A DNA stretch of 61,793 nucleotides, filler included. It is 7 parts of 7 records of this genome, joined end to end, with 100 filler letters (N's around TTAATTAATTAA, not from the genome) between each part and the next. Parts side by side here need not be neighbours in the genome. Positions count along the whole stretch, not along the records: positions 40,400 to 48,729 come from DRR378314_1831; positions 48,830 to 61,793 come from DRR378314_1842; 5 more parts are not named here. One strand, 5' to 3'. The first letter of the stretch is position 1. The number at the start of each line of letters is the position of its first letter. Made by a program: the position numbers and the translations under genes. Below, in pieces: positions 43,262-56,027 of the stretch. Under the pieces are notes generated by a model that was not told the DNA's origin, made no database searches, and was given only the letters and a program-made list of their open reading frames with translations.

Positions 43262-43777
43262 ATGTTTCACAAAAACTTTAAATTAATAATTGCAGCTTTA
43301 ATCACTGCATGGTCTGTATACGAATTTTCTCAAGGACATATTATGAATGGTATTTCTATATTATTCTTAGCAGGATTTTTCATCCTTTTGTACTTTAAAA
43401 ATGAATTTATTTTATTAGCTTTTTTACAATTACGAAAACAAAATTTCCCTGGAGCTCAAAAATGGTTAGGCTATATTAAAAACCCAACTGCAGCTTTAAC
43501 AAGAAAACAAGAAGGCTATTATAATTTCCTACATGGAATCATGCTTTCACAAACAAATATTACGCAATCTGAAAAATATTTAAAAAAGGCTGTTAAGTTA
43601 GGATTATCTATGGGACATGATTTAGCAATGGCTAAACTTCAACTAGCTGGTATTGCTATGACAAAAAGAAGAAAACGTGAAGCTACTATGTTAATGAACG
43701 AAGCTAAAAAATTAGATAAACAAGGAATGTTGGGTGATCAAATTAAAATGATGAAACAACAGATGAAAAAAATCTAA
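43262..43777 (+). CDS. Conserved flavobacterial membrane protein with TPR-like helices
   Basis: Two N-terminal TM helices followed by a helical, Lys-rich region. Confidence 0.7.
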   Translation: MFHKNFKLIIAALITAWSVYEFSQGHIMNGISILFLAGFFILLYFKNEFILLAFLQLRKQNFPGAQKWLGYIKNPTAALTRKQEGYYNFLHGIMLSQTNITQSEKYLKKAVKLGLSMGHDLAMAKLQLAGIAMTKRRKREATMLMNEAKKLDKQGMLGDQIKMMKQQMKKI

Positions 43778-43799
43778 TTCAATAAAACAACATTTATGT

Positions 43800-43827
43800 A
43801 AAACTCCTGATAATCAGGAGTTTTTTT
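43800..43827 (+). terminator. Intrinsic terminator
   Basis: AAAACTCCTGA-TAA-TCAGGAGTTTTTTT. Confidence 0.8.
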
Positions 43828-43884
43828 ATTTTAAGAGTAAGTTTTAAAAATAAATAACGACATTTAGGTAAATCAACTTAATTA

Positions 43885-44919
43885 ATGAAAACTCTCTTTT
43901 ACATATTAGGATTTGTTTTATTATCCTCTTGTTCTAGTTCTATAGAAAACGAACCTGAAACTATTGACATTACCCAAGAAAACAAATGGATAAATGTAGA
44001 AAAACCCTACCCAGAAGGACAAGATGGAATGTTTCCTTTAGTAAATAAACCTATTTACAAAACAGTTAGTGAAATGACTAACCTGAAAGATTCTGATAGA
44101 GTAGCAATTGTTAGCTATCATAATAGAATAAAAGTTTATCCTTATTTATATGTAAACAAATCAGAAATTGTTAATGATTCTATAGGTGAATATTTCTATG
44201 CTGTTTCCTATTGTCCACAAACTAAAAGCGCCATCAATTTTAATAGAATTGTGCAAAACGACACTTTAGATTTAGTTGCATCTGGTTATTTATATAAAGA
44301 CAACATGGTTCCATCTGATAAGGATTACAATTTATATTGGTCGCAAATGTTAATGAAAGGAATTACTGCAAATGCAGATTTTAGAAACTTAAAAACCTCT
44401 AATTTAATACAGACTAATTGGAAAACTGTTGTTTCTCATTTTTCAAAAGCTAAAGTTTATTATTACGAAGGCGACATTATTACACCAAGAAAAGAAATTC
44501 AAAATTTAAATAGCAAATCAAATACAGAAATAAATAATGCTGATGAAGTATTTGCTATTGTAGATAATTTTAATAATACAGTAAAGGATTTATCAATAAT
44601 CGCTTATCCTTTAAAAACATTTTCAGAGCAAACTGTTTTAAAAGAATTAATTATAGATAGTGAAAAAACCGTTTTACTTGTTAATAAAGAGAACTACTTT
44701 TATTCAACTTACAAAGTACCAAACGGTTTAGTAATGCATATAGAAAACAGCAGTTTTCCTCCTGTTTTAGGTGATAACGAAGGTAATGAGTGGAATGCTT
44801 TTGGTTATGCAATTAGTGGACCTAGAAAAGGACATCAATTACAGTCTTCAAAATCTTACATTGCTTCTTGGTGGGCTTTCAAAGATTTTTTTAAAGAGAA
44901 AATTACTATTAAAAATTAA
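43885..44919 (+). CDS. DUF3179 domain lipoprotein
   Basis: Lipobox LLSSC; YP......EIVND, SYCP, SG.LY..N....D....WSQ, G.A.SGP.KG..L. Confidence 0.8.
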   Translation: MKTLFYILGFVLLSSCSSSIENEPETIDITQENKWINVEKPYPEGQDGMFPLVNKPIYKTVSEMTNLKDSDRVAIVSYHNRIKVYPYLYVNKSEIVNDSIGEYFYAVSYCPQTKSAINFNRIVQNDTLDLVASGYLYKDNMVPSDKDYNLYWSQMLMKGITANADFRNLKTSNLIQTNWKTVVSHFSKAKVYYYEGDIITPRKEIQNLNSKSNTEINNADEVFAIVDNFNNTVKDLSIIAYPLKTFSEQTVLKELIIDSEKTVLLVNKENYFYSTYKVPNGLVMHIENSSFPPVLGDNEGNEWNAFGYAISGPRKGHQLQSSKSYIASWWAFKDFFKEKITIKN

Positions 44920-44921
44920 TA

Positions 44922-46589
44922 CTATTCTATTCTTTTTATACTTAAATCTGGTTGATACTCTAACAAGAACAATCCTTTGTTTTCAGAAATACTAAAGAGT
45001 CTTTTCTTGTAATCAAACTTACTTTCTATTCTATAAGACACTCCGTCTTTAAAAGTACTTGATAACTTTTTTCCAGAAGCTAACCTCATCAAAACATCAT
45101 AAGTAACATCAAAACCTCTAGTAGCATAATAGGATGGTAAAGCTTTATTTTTCTGTAAATATTGTTTGTTAAAAATTCTTACTGCTGAAGAGTTCTCATC
45201 TACATATGTATCTGTAACGTATACAAATTCTAATTGACCATATTTATTATTGTCTACATAATTAGATTTTTCAAAACCAAAAAGTTTTACTAAGTAATTT
45301 GTTTTCTCAATTGGTTCTTCTGCTTCCTCTCCTTCTTCTGATTCTTCAGGTTCTGGTGGGTCTGGAAAACTAATTAAACTATTAATAGCATCTGCAGCAA
45401 TTACATTATTATTTGTTGCGATAATTACCCAATTTTTAATATTAGTCGTATCAGGTTTCATCATTTTTAGAAAACGCTCTTGAGCTATATAACCATAATG
45501 AGGAATTATCTCATGAACTACATCTATTGAATCATGTTGTTTTAAAACATTTGCAATTTGCTTAATCTCAGTAATAGAAGCAGATGTTGAATCTCCTACT
45601 ATGATGATATTTTCATTGGTATATTTTTTAGTTACATAAGACAATAACTTTTCTTTATACAAGTGCTTATCTGGTGAAGTTTTTACAATTCTAGAAGACG
45701 TAAAAGACGTTTGAGATTTTGAAAATACTGGAAATATTAATGGAGCACTTACACTATTTGCTAACTTTTTAGTTTCATCAGAATATATAGATCCAATAAT
45801 TGCATCTTGATTTTCTAGTGTATTATTAGTAATTAAATCATTAATTACAGTATTTCTATCCTCTGTATCTATAACTGTTAAATCTATATTTACACCTTTG
45901 TTTTTTAAAGAGTCTATTGCCAATTCAGCACCTAAATAAAAATCAGTAACAATATTAGGTAATCTTCTATTTTTAAAAATTTCCTGAGAAGTTACGGTAT
46001 CAAAAACCTTTGCTCTAAATGGTAATAACAGAGCTACTTTTATTGACGAATTTAAAGCTATTGAATCTTTATATATTACATCTAGGTTTTCACCTACTAC
46101 TCTTTTTTTTATCTTAATCGTCAATCCTAACTTTAGCCCGTCTAATAAAACAGGGTTTAACTCTAATAGTTCAGATTTTAAAACATTGTAATATCTTGTT
46201 AAGCTATAAAATGTATCTCCTTTCTGAACTTCATGTATAACATATATTTTCTTTATAGAGTCTAATTCTGTTTTTATGACTTGAATAGAGTCTTTGATTA
46301 AAACAGAACCTTTATCAAGCCCCGTTTTTATTTTATCTACAGCAGTATTATCTTCGGTTAAATTAATTAGTCTTTTATTAGGAATTACAATTTCCGTATC
46401 TGCTTTTGGTCTTCTACTTACATCTGGGTTTAAACGCATTAAATCTTTAGTTTTAACATCTAGTTTCCTAGCAATGCTTCGCATTGTTTCCCCTTGTTTT
46501 ACTTTATAAGTAATGTATTTTTTTTGTTGACCACAAGAAATTGCAATCGTAAAAATAAATAAGGTAACTAATAATTTAATATGCTTCAT
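44922..46589 (-). CDS. LysM-domain lipoprotein with periplasmic-binding-protein-like C-terminal domain
   Basis: Lipobox AISC; two LysM repeats (YKVKQGET..SIA...LNP; HEVQKGDT.YSL...LNP); 'KVALLLPF', 'DFYLGA..AIDSL', 'RGFDVTYD'. Confidence 0.85.
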   Translation of the reverse strand: MKHIKLLVTLFIFTIAISCGQQKKYITYKVKQGETMRSIARKLDVKTKDLMRLNPDVSRRPKADTEIVIPNKRLINLTEDNTAVDKIKTGLDKGSVLIKDSIQVIKTELDSIKKIYVIHEVQKGDTFYSLTRYYNVLKSELLELNPVLLDGLKLGLTIKIKKRVVGENLDVIYKDSIALNSSIKVALLLPFRAKVFDTVTSQEIFKNRRLPNIVTDFYLGAELAIDSLKNKGVNIDLTVIDTEDRNTVINDLITNNTLENQDAIIGSIYSDETKKLANSVSAPLIFPVFSKSQTSFTSSRIVKTSPDKHLYKEKLLSYVTKKYTNENIIIVGDSTSASITEIKQIANVLKQHDSIDVVHEIIPHYGYIAQERFLKMMKPDTTNIKNWVIIATNNNVIAADAINSLISFPDPPEPEESEEGEEAEEPIEKTNYLVKLFGFEKSNYVDNNKYGQLEFVYVTDTYVDENSSAVRIFNKQYLQKNKALPSYYATRGFDVTYDVLMRLASGKKLSSTFKDGVSYRIESKFDYKKRLFSISENKGLFLLEYQPDLSIKRIE

Positions 46590-46663
46590 AAATATATATT
46601 TCAGTAAAATTACAAAAGCTAACAACTTTAATATGATAACAGTAAAATTGCCAGCTTAGTATA

Positions 46664-48199
46664 TTATTCCCATTCTATAGTTGCAGGTGGTTTAGAACTA
46701 ATATCATATACAACTCTATTTACACCTTTTACTTTATTAATAATATCGTTAGAAATTTTTTGTAAAAACTCATATGGTAAATTTACCCAATCAGCAGTCA
46801 TTCCATCTGTACTTTCTACGGCTCTTAGAGCAACACACTTTTCGTAAGTACGTTCATCTCCCATTACACCAACGCTATTTACAGGTAACAACATTGCTCC
46901 TGCTTGCCAAACTTTATCATACAAACCCCAATCTTTTAATCCGTTGATAAAAATTGCATCAACATCTTGCAAAATACGAACTTTTTCTGCAGTAATATCT
47001 CCTAAAATTCGAATCCCTAACCCTGGTCCTGGAAATGGATGGCGACCTAACAATTCAGAATCAATTCCCAATGTAGCACCAACTCTCCTTACCTCGTCTT
47101 TAAAAATAGCTCTTAAAGGCTCTACAATTTTTAATTTCATAAAATCTGGCAATCCACCAACATTATGATGAGATTTTATTGTAGCTGAAGGCCCTCCTGT
47201 TGCAGAAACACTTTCAATTACATCTGGATAAATAGTTCCTTGAGCTAACCATTTAACATCTTCTAATTTATTCGATTCGTCATCAAAAACCTCTATAAAA
47301 GCATTTCCTATTGCCTTACGTTTTTTCTCTGGGTCTTCAATATTTTTTAAAGCGGTTAAAAAACGATCAGAAGCATCTACTCCTTTTACATTTAACCCCA
47401 TACCTTCATATTGCTTTAAAACGCTTTCAAATTCATTTTTACGTAACAAACCGTTATTAACAAAAATACAATACAAGTTTTCTCCAATTGCTTTGTTTAA
47501 TAATACAGCTGCAACAGTAGAATCTACTCCTCCAGACAATCCTAAAACCACTTTATCATCTCCAACTTTTGTCTTTATAGCTTCAACAGTTTCTTCTACA
47601 AAAGAATCTGGAGTCCAATCCTGCTCTAATTCAGCTATATTTACTAAAAAGTTTTCCAATAATTGTTTACCATCTGTTGAGTGATATACTTCTGGATGGA
47701 ATTGAATTGCATAAGTGGTTTCACCTTCAATTTTATAAGCTGCATTTTCTACATCATGAGTACTGGCCAATAAAACACCATTTGAAGGTAGCTTTTTAAT
47801 TGTATCACTATGACTCATCCAAACCTGACTTCCTACTTCAACATTTTTTAAGAAAATCTCATCGTTATTTACAAATGATAAATTTGCTCTACCATATTCT
47901 CTTGTATTGGAAGGAGCTACTTCTCCACCAGAAAAATGCGCCAAATACTGTGCTCCATAACATACAGCTAGTAATGGTTTCTTTCCTCTAATATTTTCTA
48001 AGTCTGGATGTAGTGCATCTTCTCCTCTAACAGAGTTTGGGCTACCAGATAAGATAACTGCTTTATAAGCTTCTAGGTTTAACGGAATTTTGTTGAATGG
48101 ATGTATTTCGGAGTAAATGTTAAGTTCTCTAACTCTACGCGCAATAAGTTGTGTGTATTGCGATCCGAAGTCTAAAATTAATACCTTGTTGTGTTGCAT
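46664..48199 (-). CDS. guaA: GMP synthase (glutamine-hydrolysing)
   Basis: [46 protein letters not shown]. Confidence 0.98.
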   Translation of the reverse strand: MQHNKVLILDFGSQYTQLIARRVRELNIYSEIHPFNKIPLNLEAYKAVILSGSPNSVRGEDALHPDLENIRGKKPLLAVCYGAQYLAHFSGGEVAPSNTREYGRANLSFVNNDEIFLKNVEVGSQVWMSHSDTIKKLPSNGVLLASTHDVENAAYKIEGETTYAIQFHPEVYHSTDGKQLLENFLVNIAELEQDWTPDSFVEETVEAIKTKVGDDKVVLGLSGGVDSTVAAVLLNKAIGENLYCIFVNNGLLRKNEFESVLKQYEGMGLNVKGVDASDRFLTALKNIEDPEKKRKAIGNAFIEVFDDESNKLEDVKWLAQGTIYPDVIESVSATGGPSATIKSHHNVGGLPDFMKLKIVEPLRAIFKDEVRRVGATLGIDSELLGRHPFPGPGLGIRILGDITAEKVRILQDVDAIFINGLKDWGLYDKVWQAGAMLLPVNSVGVMGDERTYEKCVALRAVESTDGMTADWVNLPYEFLQKISNDIINKVKGVNRVVYDISSKPPATIEWE

Positions 48200-48270
48200 G
48201 CGCAAAAATACTACAAGAATTTAGATAATGAAATATCTATTTTATTTTTTTTATCTATTAACTATAAATA

Positions 48271-48729
48271 CTAAAATCTATAAACAATCGCATTGATGTT
48301 CATTCCAGACCCAACTGAGGCAAATATCACAACGTCACCTTCGTTAACTTGTTGATTTTCAATTTTACCGTTTAACACTAAATCTAGTAGTGTAGGAACC
48401 GTAGCTACAGAGCTATTACCTAACTTATGAATATTCATAGGCATTACATTTTCTGGTGCTTGCTTTTTAAATAACCTATAAAAGCGTTTTATTATAGCTT
48501 CATCCATCTTTTCATTAGCTTGATGAATAAATACTTTTTTCACCTCATCAATACCAAAACCACTTTTATCTAAAGCCAATTTCATTGCTTGTGGTACATT
48601 ATTTAATGCAAACTCATAGATTTTTCTTCCTAACATTTTAATGTATCGTTCTTCTGGATTTGCATTTATATCAAATGATTTTCCAAAAAACAAATAATAC
48701 GCTTCATCCTTAGCAAATGTTTGAGTTGC
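48271..48729 (-). CDS. fabH: 3-oxoacyl-ACP synthase III family protein (5' truncated)
   Basis: HQAN, GNSS.AT.P, SVG.G. Confidence 0.85.
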   Translation of the reverse strand, partial: ATQTFAKDEAYYLFFGKSFDINANPEERYIKMLGRKIYEFALNNVPQAMKLALDKSGFGIDEVKKVFIHQANEKMDEAIIKRFYRLFKKQAPENVMPMNIHKLGNSSVATVPTLLDLVLNGKIENQQVNEGDVVIFASVGSGMNINAIVYRF

Positions 48730-48829
48730 NNNNNNNNNNNNNNNNNNNNNNNNNNNNNNNNNNNNNNNNNNNNTTAATTAATTAANNNNNNNNNNNNNNN
48801 NNNNNNNNNNNNNNNNNNNNNNNNNNNNN
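48730..48829. other. Artificial contig spacer
   Basis: N-run/TTAATTAATTAA/N-run. Confidence 0.99.
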
Positions 48830-48890
48830 AACTCGCAAAATGTAGCGCAAGGCACACAATTTAAAGCATAAGTTTCCTATATAAATTTAA

Positions 48891-48984
48891 GCACTAAAGC
48901 ACGCCTACAGATGAGCTTGATCCATCATGGCAAACATAATCTCCATATCAGCGTCGGCAAATCATGGCTAAAGCCGATTCCTAC
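48891..48984 (-). repeat. Two GTAG-type REP-like elements
   Basis: Minus strand GTAGGAATCGGCTTTAGCC (48984-48966) and GTAGGCGTGCTTTAGTGC (48908-48891). Confidence 0.45.
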
Positions 48985-49057
48985 GCGGTGAGTTTGACAC
49001 CAAGTTAATCTCACAGCTCGGTAACTTTACTCTTACTAAATTACTAACGAAACCCCC

Positions 49058-49092
49058 AAAAAAAAGCCGCTGTTTGTAACAAACAGCGGCTT
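49058..49092 (-). terminator. Intrinsic terminator of serS
   Basis: 13-bp stem AAGCCGCTGTTTG/CAAACAGCGGCTT with a T-run on the minus strand. Confidence 0.85.
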
Positions 49093-49134
49093 ATCTTAAA
49101 GCTTACGACTTACAGCTCTATAGCTTTAACGAAC

Positions 49135-50442
<1,308 letters not shown>

Positions 50443-50829
50443 TTAACCTTTTTGCATTACCAGCTGAAGGCCCAGCCAAGCCATAAAAATACACACCGTC
50501 ACATTTAAGACGATATTGAGGACCATTTTTAAAAAGTGGCCTTGTTGCAAAAGCAACAACGAATCCATTGAGAATGTCGAAAAGGTGGTCAAAGCACCTA
50601 AAAAGCCAATTCCGATAAGGGATTTGGCGGGGCTGACGGTGATAATTTCGCGCTCTATCAAACCGTATAATACGCCCATCAACAATGAACCCAGAATATT
50701 AACCGCCAACGTGCCAAAAGGGAATCCCCTACCCAGCAGTTTTAACATGGTTTCGCTAATAAAAAAGCGCAAACAGGCACCAGACGCCCCACCCGCTGCA
50801 ATCATGAGGTAGAGCTTAAGTGTTGTCAT
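50443..50829 (-). CDS. crcB: Fluoride channel CrcB/FluC
   Basis: [25 protein letters not shown]. Confidence 0.95.
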   Translation of the reverse strand: MTTLKLYLMIAAGGASGACLRFFISETMLKLLGRGFPFGTLAVNILGSLLMGVLYGLIEREIITVSPAKSLIGIGFLGALTTFSTFSMDSLLLLQQGHFLKMVLNIVLNVTVCIFMAWLGLQLVMQKG

Positions 50830-52159
50830 AGCGCTTTATATCACTTTGCTGATCTCGCTCTTTGAGGTAATCAAGCTTTTGCTTAATTTTTTGCTCAAGT
50901 CCGCGCTCGGTTGGAAAATAATATTGAGTGTCGGCAATTTGCTCTGGAAAGTATTTCTCTCCGGCAGCAAACGCGCCTTCTTCATTATGCGCATAACGAT
51001 ACTCAGCGCCGTAGCCTAAGTCTTTCATTAAATTAGTAGGTGCATTACGTAAATGCTCAGGCACAGGGTAACTTGGTTCATTTTGCGCATCCGCTTTGGC
51101 TTTATTAAACGCCATGTAAACAGCATTACTTTTTGGTGCACTGGCTAAATATATCGTTGCTTGAGCAATTGCTCGTTCGCCTTCGCTTGGCCCGACACGC
51201 TGAAAAATATCCCACGCATTGAGGGCCACTTCCATAGCACGTGGATCGGCGTTACCTATGTCTTCTGTCGCGATGGCTAATAAACGTCTTGCCACATAAA
51301 GCGGGTCGCCACCACCGGCGAGTATCCTGCAATACCAATACAAAGCGCCATCAGGGGAGCTGCCACGCACTGATTTATGAAACGCCGAGATCAAATCGTA
51401 AAACTCATCGCCGCCTTTATCGTATTTGGCTAAATGTGTGGGCAATACTTGGCTAAGTACGTGTTCATCCACTAAATATTGGCCGTTGCTCTTTGTAGTT
51501 AAATCAATCGCTTGTTCGAGTAAGTTAAGCACTTTACGGGCATCGCCATCACTGGCTTGGCACAGTGCTTTTTTAGCGTTATCGGCCAGGGTAATGGTTT
51601 TTGTGCTCAGCTCGTCATCGTTGGCAAGCGCGCGCTCAATAACTAAATGTAAATCGGCTTCTTGTAAGGATTTAAGCACATATACGCGGGCACGAGATAA
51701 AATCGCATTATTTAACGCAAACGACGGGTTCTCTGTGGTTGCGCCAACAAATATAAAGGTGCCATCTTCAATATGCGGTAAAAAAGCATCTTGCTGAGAT
51801 TTATTAAAGCGGTGTACCTCATCAACAAACAACAATGTGCGTTGCCCACGACCTTCAAGGTTATTGCGCGCCTCACTAACTGCATCACGAATATCTTTAA
51901 TACCGGCCGTTACCGCCGACATTTGTATCAGCGCGGCATCTGCGTGGTTCGCTATAATTTGTGCAAGGGTGGTTTTACCCACGCCCGGTGGACCCCATAA
52001 AATAAGGCTATGGCAGCGCCCTGCTAAGATTGCTTGGTATAATGGTTTGTCTTGGCTTAATAGATGCTGCTGCCCTATATATTGCTCAAGATTTGTTGGC
52101 CGCATACGCGCCGCAAGCGGGCGCACATCAGGAGAAAAATTAAAGCCTAAATTACTCAC
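50816..52159 (-). CDS. rarA: Replication-associated recombination protein A
   Basis: [38 protein letters not shown]. Confidence 0.96.
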   Translation of the reverse strand: MSNLGFNFSPDVRPLAARMRPTNLEQYIGQQHLLSQDKPLYQAILAGRCHSLILWGPPGVGKTTLAQIIANHADAALIQMSAVTAGIKDIRDAVSEARNNLEGRGQRTLLFVDEVHRFNKSQQDAFLPHIEDGTFIFVGATTENPSFALNNAILSRARVYVLKSLQEADLHLVIERALANDDELSTKTITLADNAKKALCQASDGDARKVLNLLEQAIDLTTKSNGQYLVDEHVLSQVLPTHLAKYDKGGDEFYDLISAFHKSVRGSSPDGALYWYCRILAGGGDPLYVARRLLAIATEDIGNADPRAMEVALNAWDIFQRVGPSEGERAIAQATIYLASAPKSNAVYMAFNKAKADAQNEPSYPVPEHLRNAPTNLMKDLGYGAEYRYAHNEEGAFAAGEKYFPEQIADTQYYFPTERGLEQKIKQKLDYLKERDQQSDIKRYDNT

Positions 52160-52164
52160 TGTAA

Positions 52165-52791
52165 TTATTCGCCTTGGCTTTGGTCGTCTATTTCAACGTT
52201 TTCAGGAATGGTAAATTCAAACGTTTCGTTGGCTAGTTGTTCATTCACTTTGGTATCACTAAAGGTAAAGGTAGATGATTGCCCTGAGCTGTCTTTAACC
52301 AGTAGTTTTTCAAGTCCTGTTTGGTCTTGTGCAAATACAATATCGAGCTGTTCAACTTGGCTTTCAATGCCTTTGTTTGGTGTCACGCTAAAGCCTGCTT
52401 CAGTTGCTTTAACTTGGTACTTTTGCCATTGTGCTGGGTCTTTTGAGGTTAACAACACAAACGGTGTTGAATCAATCAAGCTGTTTGTGTTCATGATAGT
52501 CACTTGCTCAGCAAAGCTGTCGAAGTAATAGGTTTTATCACCATTTGATATAAACAACGTATCGTCTGGGCTGGCTTGTTGCCAGCGGATCATCATAGGT
52601 TGTTGTAAGGCAATATTGCCCTTCCCTTGCATGATTGACTCACCTTGGTCGTCATTTACTTGCTGTACAAACTGCGCTTGAAAGCTTTTTAATTCGGCAA
52701 GTTTGTCTTGTAGTGCTTGGCTGTCACTGGCAATTACTGTTGTAGATAAAACACAACTTATCGCAACTGCTAAATATTTAAGTTTCTTCAT
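52165..52791 (-). CDS. lolA: Outer-membrane lipoprotein carrier LolA
   Basis: Signal peptide, 'F.A.F.Q.V', 'EQVT', 'TPF.LL', 'F.FT.P..V..DDQ'; ftsK-lolA-rarA order. Confidence 0.92.
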   Translation of the reverse strand: MKKLKYLAVAISCVLSTTVIASDSQALQDKLAELKSFQAQFVQQVNDDQGESIMQGKGNIALQQPMMIRWQQASPDDTLFISNGDKTYYFDSFAEQVTIMNTNSLIDSTPFVLLTSKDPAQWQKYQVKATEAGFSVTPNKGIESQVEQLDIVFAQDQTGLEKLLVKDSSGQSSTFTFSDTKVNEQLANETFEFTIPENVEIDDQSQGE

Positions 52792-55272
52792 TTAATTTGC
52801 TCCACTATTGGGCACTAAAACATCGCGAGCGCCGTTATGTCCTGGTGCACTCACAATACCCGACGTTTCCATTTGCTCGACTAAACGTGCTGCGCGGTTA
52901 TACCCTACACGCAACTTACGTTGTACACTTGAAACCGACACTTTGCCGGTTTCAATCACAAATGATACGGCTTCATCATAAAGCGGATCTGATTCTTCAT
53001 CCGCGTTTTCGCTGGCTTCGCCCGGCAGTAAAATTTCTTCTGTGGCATCGCCGTTAAGTATTTCGTCTACGTAGTTTGGTTTACCACGTTTTTTCCAATC
53101 ATCAACCACCGCATGTACTTCGTGGTCATCTACAAATGCACCGTGTACACGCACAGGTACGCTGGTGCCTGGCGGTAAGTACAGCATGTCACCCATACCG
53201 AGTAGGTTCTCTGCGCCTTGTTGGTCTAATATGGTACGCGAGTCAATTTTACTTGATACCTGAAACGCCATACGCGTTGGTATATTCGCTTTTATTAAAC
53301 CCGTTATTACATCAACCGATGGGCGCTGCGTTGCCAATACTAAGTGAATACCCGCAGCACGGGCTTTTTGTGCAATACGTGCAATCAACTCTTCCACTTT
53401 TTTACCAACAATCATCATCATGTCAGCAAATTCATCAATCACTACAACAATGCTTGGCAGTTTATCAAGCTCATCGGGGCCTTCTTTCATGCCGTCAGTG
53501 TCTTTAAATAATGGGTCTAGAATTGGGTAACCCGCTTCTTTGGCTTCCATTACCTTTTGGTTGTAACCTTTTAAATTACGCACACCTAACGCTGACATTA
53601 ATTTGTAGCGACGTTCCATCTCGCCTACACACCAACGTAACGCATTGGCTGCTTCTTTCATGTCGGTGACAACTTCACACAGTAAATGTGGGATACCTTC
53701 GTACACTGAAAGTTCCAACATTTTCGGGTCAATCATGATCATGCGCACATCATCAGGGCCTGATTTATACAGTAAGCTTAATATCATCACATTAACGCCC
53801 ACTGACTTACCTGAACCGGTTGTACCCGCTACAAGTAAGTGCGGCATTTTGCCTAGGTCGGCACAAATTGGCTCACCCGCTATGTCTTTACCAAGTACCA
53901 TAGTTAGCGGTGATGGGTTTTGCTCAAACTTTGGTGCGTCAATCACTTCAGATAAACGCACTATTTCACGGTGTTTGTTTGGCAGTTCAATCCCCACGTA
54001 GGTTTTACCTGGGATGACTTCAACAACACGCACGCTCACAGCTGATAATGAACGGGCTAAATCTTTAGCAAGGCCGGTGATTTTAGACACCTTAATACCA
54101 GGCGCTAAATCAAGCTCAAAACGAGTCACTACAGGGCCTGGGTATACCCCGACTACCGCTGCTTGTACATTAAAATCAAGTAATTTGGTTTCAACTAAAC
54201 GCGATACAGCTTCAAGCTCTTCAGGCGAAATTGGGTTTTTCGCTTTGTCAGGTCTGTCGAGCAAATCAAGGGTTGGCAGCGGCGCACTTGGTGGCTCTTC
54301 ATCAAGTAATTGTTCAAACTTTTCTTTCGCTGTAGGTGGTGGCTGATACGTACTTTTTGGCTTAGGCATAGGTCTTGCTGGTGAAACAACCGTTGTAACT
54401 GGTTTTTCAGGCTCAGCCACATGGCTTTGATCCAGTGCGTTTAATGCAGCAGCAGTATCCATTGGCTCATCGTCTATGGCGCTAAAGTTAATTTCTTGGT
54501 CAAGAATATCATCGAGATCATCAAACGCATTATGCTGTGGCTGGCTCTGCATTTGGTCTGCTGTAAAACGTTTTGGGGATTGCTCTGTTTTGGGAGCATC
54601 ATTATATGTAATCGCGTTGGTTTGCGCTTGAGTTTCATCTGCAATTACTTCGTCATCAGCTTCAATGGCTTCACGCTCACGATTTAGCCAACCACTAATT
54701 TTAGCCACAATATACTTGTAAATTCGGACCACCCAATCACCCAAAAAGTCAACGAACTGCACCCAGGATACACCTGTAAGCAATGTTAAACCTGCAAAAA
54801 AGAAGCACAGTAACAATATAGATGTACCGGTAAAGTTAAACGCTGGCATCATAGCGCCCGCAATTACATCACCTACTACCCCACCCGATGAAAAGTTATA
54901 GATATCGTCAAAATTTATGCTGCTAATTGCTGTGGCAGAGGTAATAAATAAAGCAAAGCCAATCACTCTTAATGCGAGCGTGGTGTAATCAAGCTGAAAA
55001 ATTTTATGAGGTTGTTTAAACAATAAATAGCCAAATACTTGAATTGCAGCAGGCACTAAATAAGCCAACCAACCAAAGGTGAGTAATAAAATATCAGCTA
55101 TCCAAGCACCTGCGGCGCCTGTTACATTATTTACTTGATGAAATTCACCTGTTTGCGACCACGAAGGATCCGCAGGATCAAAGCTAATTAATGCACATAA
55201 TATGAATATTGCAGCAAAGCTGCTGATAATTAGCCCTGTTTCTAATAGCCTTTGTACACCGTTTAGGCGCAT
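52792..55272 (-). CDS. ftsK: DNA translocase FtsK
   Basis: N-terminal TM domain, [24 protein letters not shown], gamma domain [13 protein letters not shown]. Confidence 0.97.
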   Translation of the reverse strand: MRLNGVQRLLETGLIISSFAAIFILCALISFDPADPSWSQTGEFHQVNNVTGAAGAWIADILLLTFGWLAYLVPAAIQVFGYLLFKQPHKIFQLDYTTLALRVIGFALFITSATAISSINFDDIYNFSSGGVVGDVIAGAMMPAFNFTGTSILLLCFFFAGLTLLTGVSWVQFVDFLGDWVVRIYKYIVAKISGWLNREREAIEADDEVIADETQAQTNAITYNDAPKTEQSPKRFTADQMQSQPQHNAFDDLDDILDQEINFSAIDDEPMDTAAALNALDQSHVAEPEKPVTTVVSPARPMPKPKSTYQPPPTAKEKFEQLLDEEPPSAPLPTLDLLDRPDKAKNPISPEELEAVSRLVETKLLDFNVQAAVVGVYPGPVVTRFELDLAPGIKVSKITGLAKDLARSLSAVSVRVVEVIPGKTYVGIELPNKHREIVRLSEVIDAPKFEQNPSPLTMVLGKDIAGEPICADLGKMPHLLVAGTTGSGKSVGVNVMILSLLYKSGPDDVRMIMIDPKMLELSVYEGIPHLLCEVVTDMKEAANALRWCVGEMERRYKLMSALGVRNLKGYNQKVMEAKEAGYPILDPLFKDTDGMKEGPDELDKLPSIVVVIDEFADMMMIVGKKVEELIARIAQKARAAGIHLVLATQRPSVDVITGLIKANIPTRMAFQVSSKIDSRTILDQQGAENLLGMGDMLYLPPGTSVPVRVHGAFVDDHEVHAVVDDWKKRGKPNYVDEILNGDATEEILLPGEASENADEESDPLYDEAVSFVIETGKVSVSSVQRKLRVGYNRAARLVEQMETSGIVSAPGHNGARDVLVPNSGAN

Positions 55273-55406
55273 AATTCCCTATTCCTCATTTTTCTTATTT
55301 CAGTATCTTCATTGCCCAGCAATAGAATACCTTAGCAGGAAATACTTTTTGTTGCACTTTATCATATACACTAACTGCTTAGCCGATTATGAACGGCTTT
55401 TTCGAT

Positions 55407-55886
55407 TTAAGCGATATAGGGGCGAATGATGACGCCTTGCTCACCTTTTACTTCTTCCATCACAACATATGTACGACTTTCACTGACATTAGGTAACTTC
55501 AAAAGTATATCACCAAGCACGCCACGGTATTCTGACATATCATTAACGCGTGTTTTAAGTAAAAAATCGAAATTACCTGATACCAAATGACATTCTATGA
55601 TTTCATCGTGCTTTTTAACCGCCGCGCTAAATTCATCAAATACATCTGGCGATGTTTTAGTAATGGTCACTTCAACATACACCGATAACCCTTGTCCTAA
55701 CTTAGCTGGGTCAACAACTGCTTTATATCCTACAATGTAACCTTCGCGTTCAAGTTTTTTTACGCGTTCTAGGCAGGGCGTGGCACTAAGACCAACTCGT
55801 CGGGCCAGTTCAACGTTAGAAATACGTCCATCAAGTTGTAATTCCATTAAAATTTTACGGTCAATTCGGTCTAATAATTCATGCAT
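55407..55886 (-). CDS. lrp: Leucine-responsive regulatory protein
   Basis: LDRIDRKIL.ELQ.DGRISNVEL...VGLS.TPCLERV; ECHLVSG.FD.LLK. Confidence 0.95.
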   Translation of the reverse strand: MHELLDRIDRKILMELQLDGRISNVELARRVGLSATPCLERVKKLEREGYIVGYKAVVDPAKLGQGLSVYVEVTITKTSPDVFDEFSAAVKKHDEIIECHLVSGNFDFLLKTRVNDMSEYRGVLGDILLKLPNVSESRTYVVMEEVKGEQGVIIRPYIA

Positions 55887-56027
55887 AGGGCTAACTAGTT
55901 TTTTACACTGTTTAAACTTTATATTTAGATTATATCACTAGATTGCACCTTAAAAAAGGTGAGACACACTGGCTTATGATGAATATAATAGTGAAAAATT
56001 TTATCCCGTTCCAACAAGGCAAAGATT

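Noticed and set aside
48960-48990. Possible fluoride riboswitch near crcB
   Set aside because: Wrong position and strand relative to crcB, and lacks the GGxGAUGG/AACCGC core
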